NCBI GenBank assembly: GCA_964594455.1 | Contig: CAZQLY010000007.1 | Coordinates: forward strand, 13,586 to 77,585 | Direction: 5' to 3' | From: an uncultured Gammaproteobacteria bacterium | Lineage (GTDB): Bacteria; Patescibacteriota; Patescibacteriia; JAHIZJ01 | DNA: 64,000 nucleotides | Shown: positions 29,372 through 38,882 of the stretch, in pieces | Position numbering within the stretch: position 1 is the stretch's first letter | How the letters are laid out: each line of letters opens with the position of its first letter | Position numbers and translations under genes: made by a program | The notes under the pieces: generated by a model | The model's database searches: none | What the model saw: the letters and a program-made list of their open reading frames with translations, nothing else | What the model was told of the DNA's origin: nothing

Positions 29372-31996
29372 TTATTTAATTTTTATCTTCCCCTGTTCAA
29401 AGCCGACAATTACATTTTTGCTACCGGTTATCTTACCAGAGATCATTTCCATAGCCAATGGATCCAAAATCTCCTGCTGGATAACCCTTTTCAGTGGCCG
29501 AGCACCATAAGTGGGGTCATAGCCTCTTTCAGCCAAATATTTCTTGACTTTGTCGGTTACTTCTATCTTGACTCTTTTTTCCTCTAAACGCTCAATGACT
29601 TTTTTCAATTGCAAATCCACGATTTTAACCAAATCGGTTTTCCTTAAACTATGGAAAATAATTGTTTCGTCGACACGATTTAAGAATTCTGGTTTGAAAT
29701 GATTACGCATTAATTCCAATATCTTTTCTCGCATAGCATTTTCATTGCTAATTTTTTCACCTTTTTCATCAAATCCCAGCTGGCCTTTTGTCGCCAGGTC
29801 AATAATCATCTGGGAGCCGATATTTGACGTCATTATGATAATGGTGTTTTTGAAATTTACTATTCGACCCTTGGCGTCAGTTAATCTTCCATCATCCAAA
29901 ATTTGCAAAAGCATGTTAAAGACATCAGGATGAGCCTTTTCAATCTCGTCAAAGAGTATCACGGAATAAGGTCTTCGTCTGACCAACTCAGTTAACTGTC
30001 CGCCCTCCTCATAACCAACATACCCCGGTGGCGAGCCAATCATTTTTGAAACGGCGTGTTTTTCCATGTACTCTGACATGTCCAACCGAATCATTGAGTC
30101 TTCATCGTTAAACATAAACTCGGCTAAGGCTCTGGCCAGCTCAGTCTTACCCACTCCGGTTGGTCCGAGAAAGATAAATGACCCGATCGGTCTTTTTTCT
30201 TCGGCAATGCCGGCTCTGGAGCGACGTACTGCATTAGCCACGGCTGTGATCGCTTCTTTTTGCCCGATGATACGCTTTTTCAGCTCATCTTCCATCCGAG
30301 CTAACTTCGACGCCTCGCTCTCCAACATTTTTGATACTGGAATGCCAGTCCAACGTGCTACGACTTCGGCAATATCTTCTTCAGTAACTTCCTCTTTCAA
30401 AATCGATTGGTCTTTCTGTAACTTGGCTAATTTTTTCTCTTCAGCTTTAATAGTCTTTTCCAACTTGGGAATCTGATCATATCTGATTTCGGCAACTTTT
30501 TCTAATTCACCTTTTCTCTCGGCTATTTCAGCTTCACCCTTTTTCTTATCAATCTCAGATTTTGATTCTCTAATTTTGGAAATTATTTCTTTCTCAGCTT
30601 TCCATTGTATTTCTAACTTTTTAACCGACTCTTGCAAGGAAGCAATCTCGCGCTTTAAGGCAGTTAGTCTTCTTTTTGAATCATCGTCTTTCTCTTTGGC
30701 TAAAGCTTTTTGTTCAATCTCCATCTGACGCACTTTTCTTTTCATCTTATCCAGTTCTTCTGGCATGGAGTCAATCTCCATGCGTAGCCCCGAAGTTGCT
30801 TCGTCAATTAAATCAACGGCTTTATCAGGCAAAAATCTATCACTAATATATCTTTGGGACAAGTCAACTGCTGCCACAATAGCCGGATCAGTTATCCTAA
30901 CACCGTGATGGACTTCATACTTTTCTTTTATACCTCTTAATATGGCAATTGTATCTTCAGTGGATGGTTCAGCTACGTATACTGGTTGGAAACGTCTCTC
31001 TAATGCAGCATCTTTTTCGATATATTTTTGATACTCTTTTAAGGTTGTTGCTCCAATAGCGTGTAATTCACCTCGAGCCAGCGGCGGTTTAAGCATGTTA
31101 GAAGCATCAATGGCGCCCTCAGCTCCACCAGCACCGACAATAGTATGAAGCTCGTCAATAAATAATATAATTTTGCCTTCAGCGGCTTTAATTTCCTTTA
31201 AAACGGCTTTCAGCCTATCTTCAAACTCACCTCGGAATTTAGAACCAGCTATCAGAGACCCCATATCCAAGGCGATCAATTCTTTATTTTTTAAACCCTC
31301 GGGAACATCGCCAGACACAATTCTTTGAGCTAGACCTTCGACAATAGCCGTTTTACCTGTTCCTGGTTCACCAATCAAAACCGGATTGTTTTTTGTACGT
31401 CGTGATAGAACCTGCATAATTCTACGCACCTCATCATCACGACCGATAACTGGATCAAGTTTTTTTATCTTAGCTAAACGTGTCAGATTAGCGCTGTATT
31501 TTTCCAAAGCTTGATATTTGCTTTCTGGATCCTGATCAGTTATCCTCTGGGTACCCCGCACGTCCTTTAATACTTTGAGAATATTATCAGTGGTGATGCC
31601 GTTCCTGCCTAAAAGTTCAGCCACTCGTTTGTCTGACTCCAACATGGCCAGAAAGAGATGTTCGGTGCTGATATATTCATCTTTCAATTTTTCCGCTTCT
31701 TTCATTGCCTGATCAATAACATCTTTGAGATTCTTGGTTATAAAAACCTGGGCAATCCCACCGCTTGGCATTTCTACCTTAGGCAATTTATCAATCTCTC
31801 CAAATACATCTGTTTCCAGCTTAGATATTTCAATCCCCAACTTTCTCAGTATTGGTAAAACCACCCCGTCAGTTTGGAATATTAAAGCTGCTAGCAAATG
31901 GAAGGTATCAATCTGCTGTTGCTTCTTTTCAGCCGCTATTCTTTCTGATTTTTGTACCGCTTCTTGAGCTTTTAGAGTAAAATTGTTTGGGTTCAT
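29372..31996 (-). CDS. clpB: ATP-dependent chaperone ClpB (class 1 AAA+ disaggregase)
   Basis: N-domain, two AAA+ modules with Walker A (GEPGTGKT and GPTGVGKT), long coiled-coil M-domain, 874 aa. Confidence 0.95.
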   Translation of the reverse strand: MNPNNFTLKAQEAVQKSERIAAEKKQQQIDTFHLLAALIFQTDGVVLPILRKLGIEISKLETDVFGEIDKLPKVEMPSGGIAQVFITKNLKDVIDQAMKEAEKLKDEYISTEHLFLAMLESDKRVAELLGRNGITTDNILKVLKDVRGTQRITDQDPESKYQALEKYSANLTRLAKIKKLDPVIGRDDEVRRIMQVLSRRTKNNPVLIGEPGTGKTAIVEGLAQRIVSGDVPEGLKNKELIALDMGSLIAGSKFRGEFEDRLKAVLKEIKAAEGKIILFIDELHTIVGAGGAEGAIDASNMLKPPLARGELHAIGATTLKEYQKYIEKDAALERRFQPVYVAEPSTEDTIAILRGIKEKYEVHHGVRITDPAIVAAVDLSQRYISDRFLPDKAVDLIDEATSGLRMEIDSMPEELDKMKRKVRQMEIEQKALAKEKDDDSKRRLTALKREIASLQESVKKLEIQWKAEKEIISKIRESKSEIDKKKGEAEIAERKGELEKVAEIRYDQIPKLEKTIKAEEKKLAKLQKDQSILKEEVTEEDIAEVVARWTGIPVSKMLESEASKLARMEDELKKRIIGQKEAITAVANAVRRSRAGIAEEKRPIGSFIFLGPTGVGKTELARALAEFMFNDEDSMIRLDMSEYMEKHAVSKMIGSPPGYVGYEEGGQLTELVRRRPYSVILFDEIEKAHPDVFNMLLQILDDGRLTDAKGRIVNFKNTIIIMTSNIGSQMIIDLATKGQLGFDEKGEKISNENAMREKILELMRNHFKPEFLNRVDETIIFHSLRKTDLVKIVDLQLKKVIERLEEKRVKIEVTDKVKKYLAERGYDPTYGARPLKRVIQQEILDPLAMEMISGKITGSKNVIVGFEQGKIKIK

Positions 31997-32041
31997 ATTT
32001 ATCTGACGTTAATTCACAGTGTAAATATGATATAATCAAAA

Positions 32042-32068
32042 TTAGCACTTGTCAAGTTAGAGTGCTAA
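32042..32068. promoter_or_regulatory. CIRCE inverted repeat (HrcA operator) upstream of clpB
   Basis: TTAGCACTT-N9-GAGTGCTAA matches the CIRCE consensus TTAGCACTC-N9-GAGTGCTAA at 17/18. On the clpB strand it embeds a TTGACA -35 hexamer. Lies 45-75 nt upstream of the clpB ATG. Confidence 0.75.
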
Positions 32069-32089
32069 TTATGTTTTACACAACTATTG

Positions 32090-32392
32090 TTATGGGTATT
32101 CAATATAGGTTCCTGCTTCTTTTTGGGAAACTATTTCACCGTATTTATCAAGCGTAAACTGTGTTCTGTTTCCTGTGTTGCCCTTGTCTTTACATATTAG
32201 GGTCCACATTCTTTCTGTTTCATGCTCAAATATTGTTTCTATTGATCCACTAGCGCAATATTTATCCTCGGCATATTCAACTAACTGCTCCTGGGTGGCT
32301 AATTCGTCTTTAGTAAATATAGTCAGGAGCAGAATTATAATAATAACCACTAATATGATTATAGCCATTATCATTATTAATCTTTTGCCCAT
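32090..32392 (-). CDS. small hypothetical protein with N-terminal TM helix
   Basis: 100 aa, MGKRLIMIMAIIILVVIIIILLLTIF hydrophobic anchor, no recognisable domain. Confidence 0.45.
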   Translation of the reverse strand: MGKRLIMIMAIIILVVIIIILLLTIFTKDELATQEQLVEYAEDKYCASGSIETIFEHETERMWTLICKDKGNTGNRTQFTLDKYGEIVSQKEAGTYIEYP

Positions 32393-32455
32393 ATATTTTT
32401 ATAAATTATTATCCTCACCTTTATAATAGATACCCATCACTTTTAGGTCAAATGT

Positions 32456-32911
32456 CTATTGGGAATAACCAATCGGCAACATAACAACTGGCTTCCAGCC
32501 CTTATCAGCTTTTAAAATCTCTTTTATACTGTTTTCCCTGAATCCCCCGACCCAACACGCCGATAAGCCCATATCAACTGCCTGCAGCCAAGCATAGCTC
32601 GCAGCTATTGTGGCATCTTGTATACAATAAAGTTCCCTGCCTCTCTGGCCATAGTTAAGGGCCGATCTTCCAGGTACAGCGAAGAATGCTAGCACCACCG
32701 GAGCCTGTGATATAAATATCTGTAGGTATGAAGCTTTAACTAGTTCTTTCTTAACATCGTCTTCATGAACAACAGAAATTTCTCTGGCTTTCAAATTACC
32801 GGCCGAAGGAGCTGAGTACGCAACTTTCAAGATCTCGTCTAGCTTTTTTTCTTCTATTTCAGTGTCTCTAAACCTTCGAACTGCTTCTCTTTTCTCAAAT
32901 AGTTCATTCAT
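32456..32911 (-). CDS. nitroreductase-family protein (short form)
   Basis: N-terminal R-x-S-x-R-x-F pattern (REAVRRFRD), SAPSAGNLKAREISVV FMN-binding region, 151 aa. Confidence 0.7.
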   Translation of the reverse strand: MNELFEKREAVRRFRDTEIEEKKLDEILKVAYSAPSAGNLKAREISVVHEDDVKKELVKASYLQIFISQAPVVLAFFAVPGRSALNYGQRGRELYCIQDATIAASYAWLQAVDMGLSACWVGGFRENSIKEILKADKGWKPVVMLPIGYSQ

Positions 32912-32927
32912 ATTTTTATTCTACCAT

Positions 32928-32955
32928 AAAAAAAGAGGACTGGTTATCGGTCCTC
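32928..32955 (-). terminator. intrinsic terminator of GC-rich lipoprotein gene
   Basis: Hairpin gaggac-N9-gtcctc overlapping the stop codon, followed on the minus strand by TTTTTTT. Confidence 0.55.
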
Positions 32956-33585
32956 GGGATTGTAGTCAATGTACGGAATCGGCTCGTCATCAAAGTAGAT
33001 CAACTCGGGGCTGATGTTGGTAATGGGCCGAATTTGGCTTCTCCGTACCGGGATAGCAAACGGCATGCCAGCTTGCATGTGAAAAGCCATGGCGTGTAGC
33101 GAAATGGGCTCGTCTCTGGAATAGCGCCTGACATAATTGCCGAACCGTCTGGAATCTGGATGGACCCAGGCGCTATTCGCGACCAGGACCTCAAAGGTTG
33201 TTGTATCACTATCTGCAGTGGCCACGTTGATTAAAAGCCACTGATCTCCCGGAATCTCTTCGACCCGAGAAGCCTCGTCCTCAGCCGCAATGGCTGATCC
33301 GGCAATCGCACCCATTGGCCCCAAGAGCACAAATCCCAGAACACCACCGCCAGCCGCCGCGCCGCCTACATCACCGGCAACGATCATGGATCCATCTTCG
33401 CTGTGATAAGCATAGTTAACTACCCAGCCTCGATAATACTCAATCCGCATCAAAGAGTCTTGGGTGGCTATTTCCCTTCTCAGTTGCTCATTTCGTTCCG
33501 TCTTCTCCGTCTCGGTGGCACCAAATCCACAACCGCAGGCAATAATCAATATTGCCAAAAAAGGAATCCAACTGTACACCTTCAT
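32944..33585 (-). CDS. lipoprotein with glycine-zipper segment (GC-rich island)
   Basis: Lipobox LIIACGC. GDVGGAAAGGGVLGFVLLGPMGAIAGSAIAA glycine zipper. Strong SD AAGGAGG 8 nt before ATG. Own TTGACT-N17-TAAGAT promoter at 33635-33663. Visibly higher GC than neighbours. Confidence 0.6.
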   Translation of the reverse strand: MKVYSWIPFLAILIIACGCGFGATETEKTERNEQLRREIATQDSLMRIEYYRGWVVNYAYHSEDGSMIVAGDVGGAAAGGGVLGFVLLGPMGAIAGSAIAAEDEASRVEEIPGDQWLLINVATADSDTTTFEVLVANSAWVHPDSRRFGNYVRRYSRDEPISLHAMAFHMQAGMPFAIPVRRSQIRPITNISPELIYFDDEPIPYIDYNPEDR

Positions 33586-33634
33586 AGTACTTCCCTCCTT
33601 TTACCCACTATCAAAAAGAACAATCAAGGATAAA

Positions 33635-33663
33635 ATCTTAGCAAATGGTTATTTAATAGTCAA
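33635..33663 (-). promoter_or_regulatory. sigma70-like promoter for GC-rich lipoprotein gene
   Basis: TTGACT -35, 17-nt spacer, TAAGAT -10 on the minus strand, about 45 nt upstream of the ATG. Confidence 0.35.
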
Positions 33664-33665
33664 TT

Positions 33666-34985
33666 TTATTCGTAGCGCAAAGCCTGAACCGGATCCAAAC
33701 GTGATGCTTTCCAAGCTGGATATAATCCAAATATAACTCCGGTCCCAACCGAAACTAATACCGCCAGTAATATTGCGTCTACGGAAAATACTGCGCTAAC
33801 ACTGACATAGCTGGTAACAATATTAGTAAGTATCTTTCCGATTACTATGCCGAGAATACCTCCCACGCCGGTTAATATTATTGATTCGGTTAAGAACTGA
33901 ATCAGAATGTGTCTGGTTTTGGCACCCACAGCTTTTCTCAAACCTATTTCTTGCGTTCGTTCAGTCACAGAAACCATCATAATATTCATAATTCCAATTC
34001 CACCGACTAATAATGATATAGCGGCCACGCCCGTTAACATATTAGTAAAGACCGATATGGCGTCATCACGAGCATCCAGGATATCTTGAGCGGTCGTAAC
34101 CATAAAATCCGCATCATCAACGTTGTCATAGCCATGATTTTCCAATATAGAGTCCTCTATCTTGGCAGCTAAACTATTAACTGACTCCTCATCAACCGCA
34201 TCCACCGTGATGGAATTAATATTTTCTTGTTCAAAATTAGCCATAGCTGTTGTGTATGGCAGATAAATATTTCTATTACGAACACCAAATCTCATCATTG
34301 GAGCCCCCTCTTCTCCATCTTCGCTTCCTTCTCCTTTCAAAATGCCCGCTATTTTATATTCAATATCACCGATGTTAATCAAGCCATTAATTAATGATTC
34401 CGAATCATCAGAAAATTCTTCAGCCGCACCGCTGTCAAAAATAACGATATTCTCGGCACTTGAGATATTATCTTCCGAAAAATCACGTCCGTATTCTATC
34501 CCTCTGTCGTTCATCACAAAGTAGTTATTTGAAACTCCGATAGCGTTAAACTGCATATCCTCGTTGTTGAAATTGATTGTAATATTGCTGTTTACTTCCG
34601 GGGTAGCATATTCCAACAACCCACCTTCAAAAGTCAAAACATCATCATAATCTTCGGTGGTAAGAGTTGGATCGGTGGGCCGCATTCTAAAAGCCGCCAT
34701 ACCGCCTCCTGGGCCTCCTCCAATACCTAATGCGCCGCCTTCATCCCGATCCTCATCTTCCGATTCTTCTTCCTCTTCAGCAATGGCTTGCGAACTAACC
34801 GTTATAGTTTTAGCTCCTAAAACCGAAAAATTTCCGACCACGTTTTCTTTAACGCCCTGGCCCAGCGAATACAAAGAGATGACTGCGGCAATGCCAATTA
34901 TAATTCCCAAAATTGTCAGGAAACTTCTACCTTTATTGGCTAATATTGCAGTGGTTGACTGGCTAATGATTGACCCCACTTTCAT
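33666..34985 (-). CDS. ABC transporter permease, FtsX/MacB-like, with Glu/Asp/Gly-rich insert
   Basis: Same architecture as 26715-27941 (N-terminal TM, large extracytoplasmic domain, C-terminal three-TM FtsX domain, ..ALRYE end). Insert EEEEESEDEDRDEGGALGIGGGPGGG. Confidence 0.8.
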   Translation of the reverse strand: MKVGSIISQSTTAILANKGRSFLTILGIIIGIAAVISLYSLGQGVKENVVGNFSVLGAKTITVSSQAIAEEEEESEDEDRDEGGALGIGGGPGGGMAAFRMRPTDPTLTTEDYDDVLTFEGGLLEYATPEVNSNITINFNNEDMQFNAIGVSNNYFVMNDRGIEYGRDFSEDNISSAENIVIFDSGAAEEFSDDSESLINGLINIGDIEYKIAGILKGEGSEDGEEGAPMMRFGVRNRNIYLPYTTAMANFEQENINSITVDAVDEESVNSLAAKIEDSILENHGYDNVDDADFMVTTAQDILDARDDAISVFTNMLTGVAAISLLVGGIGIMNIMMVSVTERTQEIGLRKAVGAKTRHILIQFLTESIILTGVGGILGIVIGKILTNIVTSYVSVSAVFSVDAILLAVLVSVGTGVIFGLYPAWKASRLDPVQALRYE

Positions 34986-35662
34986 ACTGGTTCGTCTTTA
35001 ATTATTTTCCCGTCCAACAATCTGATTATTCGATGAGCATAGCAAGCAATTTCTTCTTCGTGGGTGATAAGAACCACTGTGGTACCCTCTTTGTTTATAT
35101 CCGAAATAATGCTCATTATGCTTTTAGCTGTCATAGAATCAATATTTCCGGTTGGCTCATCTGCTAATAGTATGGTTGGTTCTTTAATTAAAGCTCGTGC
35201 TATAGCCACTCTTTGAATCTGGCCACCTGACAGCTCATTGCTTTTGTGCTCAATGTGGTCAGTCAATCCCAGCTTCTCTATCAACTTCAAAGCTCTAGTA
35301 AAATCACCACTGCGGCTTCGGTAGATTGTCGGCAGCATAATATTATTAACCACAGAAGTTCTCTTCAAGAGATTGAATCTTTGAAAAACAAAACCGATTT
35401 CCTCATTGCGAACATCAGCCAGCTGATTAGCGCTTAGATTTTTTGTATCTTTGTCGTTTAATCTATACTCTCCATCATAATGCTTGTCCAAAAGGCCTAA
35501 GATATGCAACAAAGTAGACTTCCCGCTTCCGGAAGGTCCCATTATGGCCACAAATTCTCCTCTTTTTACCTTTAAATCAATACCGCGCAAAGCGTTAGTC
35601 TGAGCACCTCGTTTAGCTTCATATATTTTTTTAACGTCTTTTAATTCAATTGCAGATTCCAT
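34982..35662 (-). CDS. ABC transporter ATP-binding protein (MacB-like)
   Basis: Walker A GPSGSGKST, signature LSGGQIQRVAIARAL, Walker B LLADEPTGNID. Confidence 0.9.
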   Translation of the reverse strand: MESAIELKDVKKIYEAKRGAQTNALRGIDLKVKRGEFVAIMGPSGSGKSTLLHILGLLDKHYDGEYRLNDKDTKNLSANQLADVRNEEIGFVFQRFNLLKRTSVVNNIMLPTIYRSRSGDFTRALKLIEKLGLTDHIEHKSNELSGGQIQRVAIARALIKEPTILLADEPTGNIDSMTAKSIMSIISDINKEGTTVVLITHEEEIACYAHRIIRLLDGKIIKDEPV

Positions 35663-36049
35663 CTATTTTGTGAGCTGGTAATATATCTCATTAGCCTGAG
35701 ATAGCGTAATCCCACCCTCCTCAACCGCTTGATCTAGCATTTGTTCAAACTTGGAAACAAATCTCTTATTGTCAGTTCCCATCGGAGAACTCTCTTTCAT
35801 TTCATCAATAGCGTCATAATCAACATCTCCGGTATCTTCATCTATGAATCTTGATATATCCATAAATCCCGGTCCTTGCCGGCCTCCAAACGATCCCTGA
35901 AAATCCCTATTGACCATGGGTCTAAGTTCATCACTACTTTGACCGCCTGGACTGATAATAATGTAAACCAATAAAGATACAGCAACCAGTGAACTGAATA
36001 TTGAAATAGTTTTAAAGGTTTTTAGTTTTTTATAAACTTTTTCATCCAT
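35663..36049 (-). CDS. small membrane-anchored protein, first gene of the second ABC operon
   Basis: 128 aa, one TM helix (ISIFSSLVAVSLLVYIIISP). Stop adjacent to the ABC ATPase start. Acidic C-terminal region. Confidence 0.5.
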   Translation of the reverse strand: MDEKVYKKLKTFKTISIFSSLVAVSLLVYIIISPGGQSSDELRPMVNRDFQGSFGGRQGPGFMDISRFIDEDTGDVDYDAIDEMKESSPMGTDNKRFVSKFEQMLDQAVEEGGITLSQANEIYYQLTK

Positions 36050-36467
36050 ATTTATGCATTTACGCTTATAATACAGCGAACTTGGAAAAATTATTTCAAT
36101 AACATCTCTTTATTTACCTCATCAATCAAGAAATACAAAAAAATATTCCTTGACCCCCGTTATACAACGGGGCAGGCTTGTGGAGAGATACAATGATGTA
36201 TATCTCCACTCGTTCGCTTCACTCTCTCGGTCGAGAAATAATTTACTCCTAGACTCTCAAATCAATATTAGGGATGGGGGGTATATTAATCTATTCGATG
36301 AAATAATATCTTTTTGGGATTGTAATACATGTGAAGGGGTTCGATCGCGTCTAGGGCCGGATGAGAGGACCGAAGATGACGGTCGATCCCTAATTTCCGG
36401 CCCTGGCTATGTCCACCCTCTCTGGACAATGTCATTGCCGAAAAATTAACAATTAAAAATAAGTAAT

Positions 36468-36926
36468 ATGAAAAAAAGAACTCTCATGTCGATTGCCATG
36501 CTGGTCGGTGTAGGAATTATCACCGCTGGTATTGCCTCGGCGAACGGAGGTTTCGGGTTTGGCTTCGGAGCTGACTTGGACCCTGAAGAAGCAGCCAATC
36601 TGGCCACAGAACGCTTCCAGCATCAAGCCGATTTGCTTGAAACTGATGTCGATACAGTCAAGGATGCCTGGTCTCAAGGCAAGCGAATAGACGAACTTGC
36701 TGAAGAGCTCGGTATTGATGAAGAAGCTCTTCAGGCACGTATGCAGGAAGAGCATCAAGCCAGAATGGAAGAGCGCCTACAGTCAATGGTTGATCAGGGC
36801 GTGATAACTCAGGAGCAAATGCAAAACCGCCTTCAATTCATGGAGGACAATGGTTTCCAGGGCAAAGGATTTGGTTCAGGCATGGGTCACCATCATGGTG
36901 GCAAAGGCTTAGGACTCGGTTTCTAA
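36468..36926 (+). CDS. secreted Gly/His-rich periplasmic protein (CpxP/ZraP-like helical protein, tentative)
   Basis: Signal peptide, GGFGFGFG tract, helical Glu/Gln-rich core, C-terminal GSGMGHHHGGKGLGLGF metal-binding-like tail. GC-rich relative to flanks. No SD. Confidence 0.55.
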   Translation: MKKRTLMSIAMLVGVGIITAGIASANGGFGFGFGADLDPEEAANLATERFQHQADLLETDVDTVKDAWSQGKRIDELAEELGIDEEALQARMQEEHQARMEERLQSMVDQGVITQEQMQNRLQFMEDNGFQGKGFGSGMGHHHGGKGLGLGF

Positions 36927-36960
36927 CCCTAAACTAAAAATCCACCCCCCCCTAATTAAA

Positions 36961-36994
36961 GAATCCGCCTTAGTACAGGGCGGGTTCTTTTATT
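36961..36994. terminator. bidirectional intrinsic terminator
   Basis: Hairpin gaatccgcc-N9-ggcgggttc followed by TTTTATT. Overlaps the stop of the convergent alpha/beta-hydrolase pseudogene. Confidence 0.6.
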
Positions 36995-37748
36995 GGATTT
37001 CTTTTATTAAAGTATTAAAGAATTGATGTTTAGCCACCTTCTCAAGCCAGGACTTATGACCGCATTTAGGCAGTAAAATGACCTTAAAATCGCTCAAAAT
37101 GGCTTCCAGAGGCTCTTTTACGCCGGTATAGGGGTGAGTGTGTCCTTATCACCGTGGATTGCTATTACAGGGCATTTTATCGATTGACCCATTTTTAGCA
37201 ATTTTCCGCTTTTTCTCAGCTTGTCTGCATCCGGCCAAATGCTCTGGTAGATTTCATAATCGTATTTAATTTCTGCTGAATCTTCTAACGCATCATGGGA
37301 ATCCAGCTGGGACATCAATTTTCCAAACTTTTTGAAAACCTCATTCTTATTACTGTTAGATGAATCGTTTAACTCTCTACTTAATTTATCAAACTGTTGC
37401 TTGTGCTTGCTACTCATTTTTTGAAAAACGAGCCTTATTCATCACATCAACATATTTAGCGTCAAAAGGTCCGCTCGATATTAGGATCAACTTCTTAACC
37501 AAATCAGGATAACGAGCGGCAAAAATCCACCCTAGCCAGGCTCCCCAAGAATATCCAACTAAAACATAGGGCAGCTCACCAGTATCTGTTATTTGCTGTT
37601 TTAATTCTTCCACCTGCCCACTGACAGTCTTCTTTGTTTGATTAGGAGCAATAACACTAAAAGATCGGCTCAGGTACTCAGCCACTGGCTTCATTTCTCC
37701 GACTGCACCGGGGCCGCCGTGGATTAAGACAACTCGTGTTTTTCCCAA
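36990..37748 (-). pseudogene. alpha/beta hydrolase (proline-iminopeptidase-like) disrupted by two frameshifts
   Basis: Three consecutive frames (37748-37410, 37417-37118, ~37137-36990) encode the HGGPG oxyanion region, the GYSWGA nucleophile elbow, the HGDKDTL acid region and the C-terminal CGH histidine. TTG start. Confidence 0.6.
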
Positions 37749-37754
37749 ATTGTT

Positions 37755-37877
37755 TTACTTAGATTTATTTTCTTTTCCCGCTTTTGAAAGTAAGAAAATC
37801 ATCCCTCCTAAGCACACCAAAAAAATACCAATGCCGATTGGCGAGCCCCAGCCTAATACCATAAATGCATCTTCCAT
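37755..37877 (-). CDS. candidate 40-aa hydrophobic peptide (MEDAFMVLGWGSPIGIGIFLVCLGGMIFLLSKAGKENKSK)
   Basis: Unannotated small ORF with ATG start. Ends 6 nt before the hydrolase pseudogene start. No SD. Confidence 0.25.
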   Translation of the reverse strand: MEDAFMVLGWGSPIGIGIFLVCLGGMIFLLSKAGKENKSK

Positions 37878-37947
37878 GGTTTTGAAATTTAATAATAATA
37901 ATTAAATAATATACTTATTTCGGAAATATCACAATAAAAAAAGAGGC

Positions 37948-38121
37948 TCAAGTTTGAGACTCGGCCTCGCCGTTGGTATCATCACCCAGTCTATCCAGGT
38001 GATCCGCATCACTCTCTTCCAGCGACCTGATGTATGAAATGAACCACCAGGTCATTCCCCAACCGATCAATAGAACTACCAGCACAACAGCTGCCAACAC
38101 TATTTTGAAAAAGAACCACAT
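37948..38121 (-). CDS. 57-aa small membrane protein (MWFFFKIVLAAVVLVVLLIGWGMTWWFISYIRSL..)
   Basis: Not in the ORF table (below 60 aa). GGGAGG SD 9 nt upstream of ATG. Begins 15 nt after the stop of the 38137-38481 ORF. Followed by hairpin gaggc-N16-gcctc plus TTTTTTT (minus strand). GC-rich. Confidence 0.4.
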   Translation of the reverse strand: MWFFFKIVLAAVVLVVLLIGWGMTWWFISYIRSLEESDADHLDRLGDDTNGEAESQT

Positions 38122-38136
38122 CTGAACGACCTCCCT

Positions 38137-38481
38137 CTAGTCAGAGCTGCAAACAATCCTAGCCTGCATCTTGGCGGTCATACCCTCACATTCAAGGTTG
38201 ACCCATTTGATGCCGCGGTTAGGCTTGCCAACGCGAGCAACCCTCACCTTGCCTGGACCGCCTTGGATCTGGGTGAATTCCTTTTCCCAGCCCTCTTCGA
38301 ACTTGACGATGGTCGGACCGACAGCCGGAACACCCAATGGTGCGGCAGGATAATGACGGCTTCGGCCTGTCCCTGGGGGACACAAATGCGCACTGTGTTC
38401 ATCGCTTACCTCCTGTTGTGGTTGTAATAGCCAAAAAGAACACACCGAACACATCTTACTACTTATTATTAAATACAGCAA
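38137..38481 (-). CDS. hypothetical protein, GC-rich, start and frame uncertain
   Basis: Long ORF frame encodes ..VGPTIVKFEEGWEKEFTQIQGGPGKVRVARVGKPNRGIKWVNLECEGMTAKMQARIVCSSD. A canonical start (CAGGAGG-N6-ATG at 38402) is in a different frame and reads MNTVRICVPQGQAEAVIILP.. before terminating. Suggests frameshift, sequencing indel or internal TTG start. Confidence 0.4.
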   Translation of the reverse strand: MLYLIISSKMCSVCSFWLLQPQQEVSDEHSAHLCPPGTGRSRHYPAAPLGVPAVGPTIVKFEEGWEKEFTQIQGGPGKVRVARVGKPNRGIKWVNLECEGMTAKMQARIVCSSD

Positions 38482-38525
38482 ATATAATAAGCCGGGGGTA
38501 CCGGCATATTACATTTCTAGTTTTA

Positions 38526-38879
38526 TTATTTTTTTTCAGTGATTCTGTTCAAACATAAAAACAAAATACCTACTATGAAAAATGGCAGCCCAGATACTGC
38601 CACCGCGTATAACTCATTACGACCAGCTGTTACATGGGCAAAAATACCAAAAGCTATTCCAGTTATTGCTAAAACCCAGCCCCCCACCTTTTCGTTCTTC
38701 CAGGCAATAATCAAACCTATAGCGTTGCAAATAATCAATACTGTAATACCAAATGACTCCCAGCTAAAGCTTTCACCACCACCTACCCCATAACCCACTC
38801 CCATTAATACCCAAAAAGATACTAGGATAACACCTATCGTCCTTGAAGTAATACGCAATATTTTCTCGTTTTTGATCAT
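38526..38879 (-). CDS. small polytopic membrane protein
   Basis: 117 aa, four predicted TM helices, Gly-rich loop GYGVGGGESF. Confidence 0.5.
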   Translation of the reverse strand: MIKNEKILRITSRTIGVILVSFWVLMGVGYGVGGGESFSWESFGITVLIICNAIGLIIAWKNEKVGGWVLAITGIAFGIFAHVTAGRNELYAVAVSGLPFFIVGILFLCLNRITEKK

Positions 38880-38882
38880 CGC

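Noticed and set aside
398-31967. Numerous 60-165 aa antisense or nested ORFs listed in the six-frame track (for example 398-643, 1089-1277, 4453-4653, 5546-5893, 25483-25792, 26968-27465, 30066-30476, 31725-31967)
   Set aside because: Each lies entirely within, and antisense or out of frame to, a long ORF with strong homology-type motifs. None has independent start or terminator signals.
36300-36420. Possible tRNA/tmRNA/RNase P/hammerhead signal (gggGTTCGATCgcg, cggATGAGaggaccGAAg)
   Set aside because: The T-arm-like GGTTCGATC lacks a pairing stem, and there is no cloverleaf or CCA-end context. No RNase P P4 motifs (AGGAAAGTCCGGGC / ACAGAACCCGGCTTA). The hammerhead-like CUGAUGA..GAAA core has a mismatch and no consistent stems I/II/III.
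36150-36449. 99-aa ORF (TTG start) filling the 36050-36467 intergenic region
   Set aside because: No SD and a TTG start that coincides with a -35-like TTGACC. The product is low-complexity and the sequence is dominated by stable hairpins. Treated as a non-coding leader rather than a CDS, though a small protein cannot be excluded.
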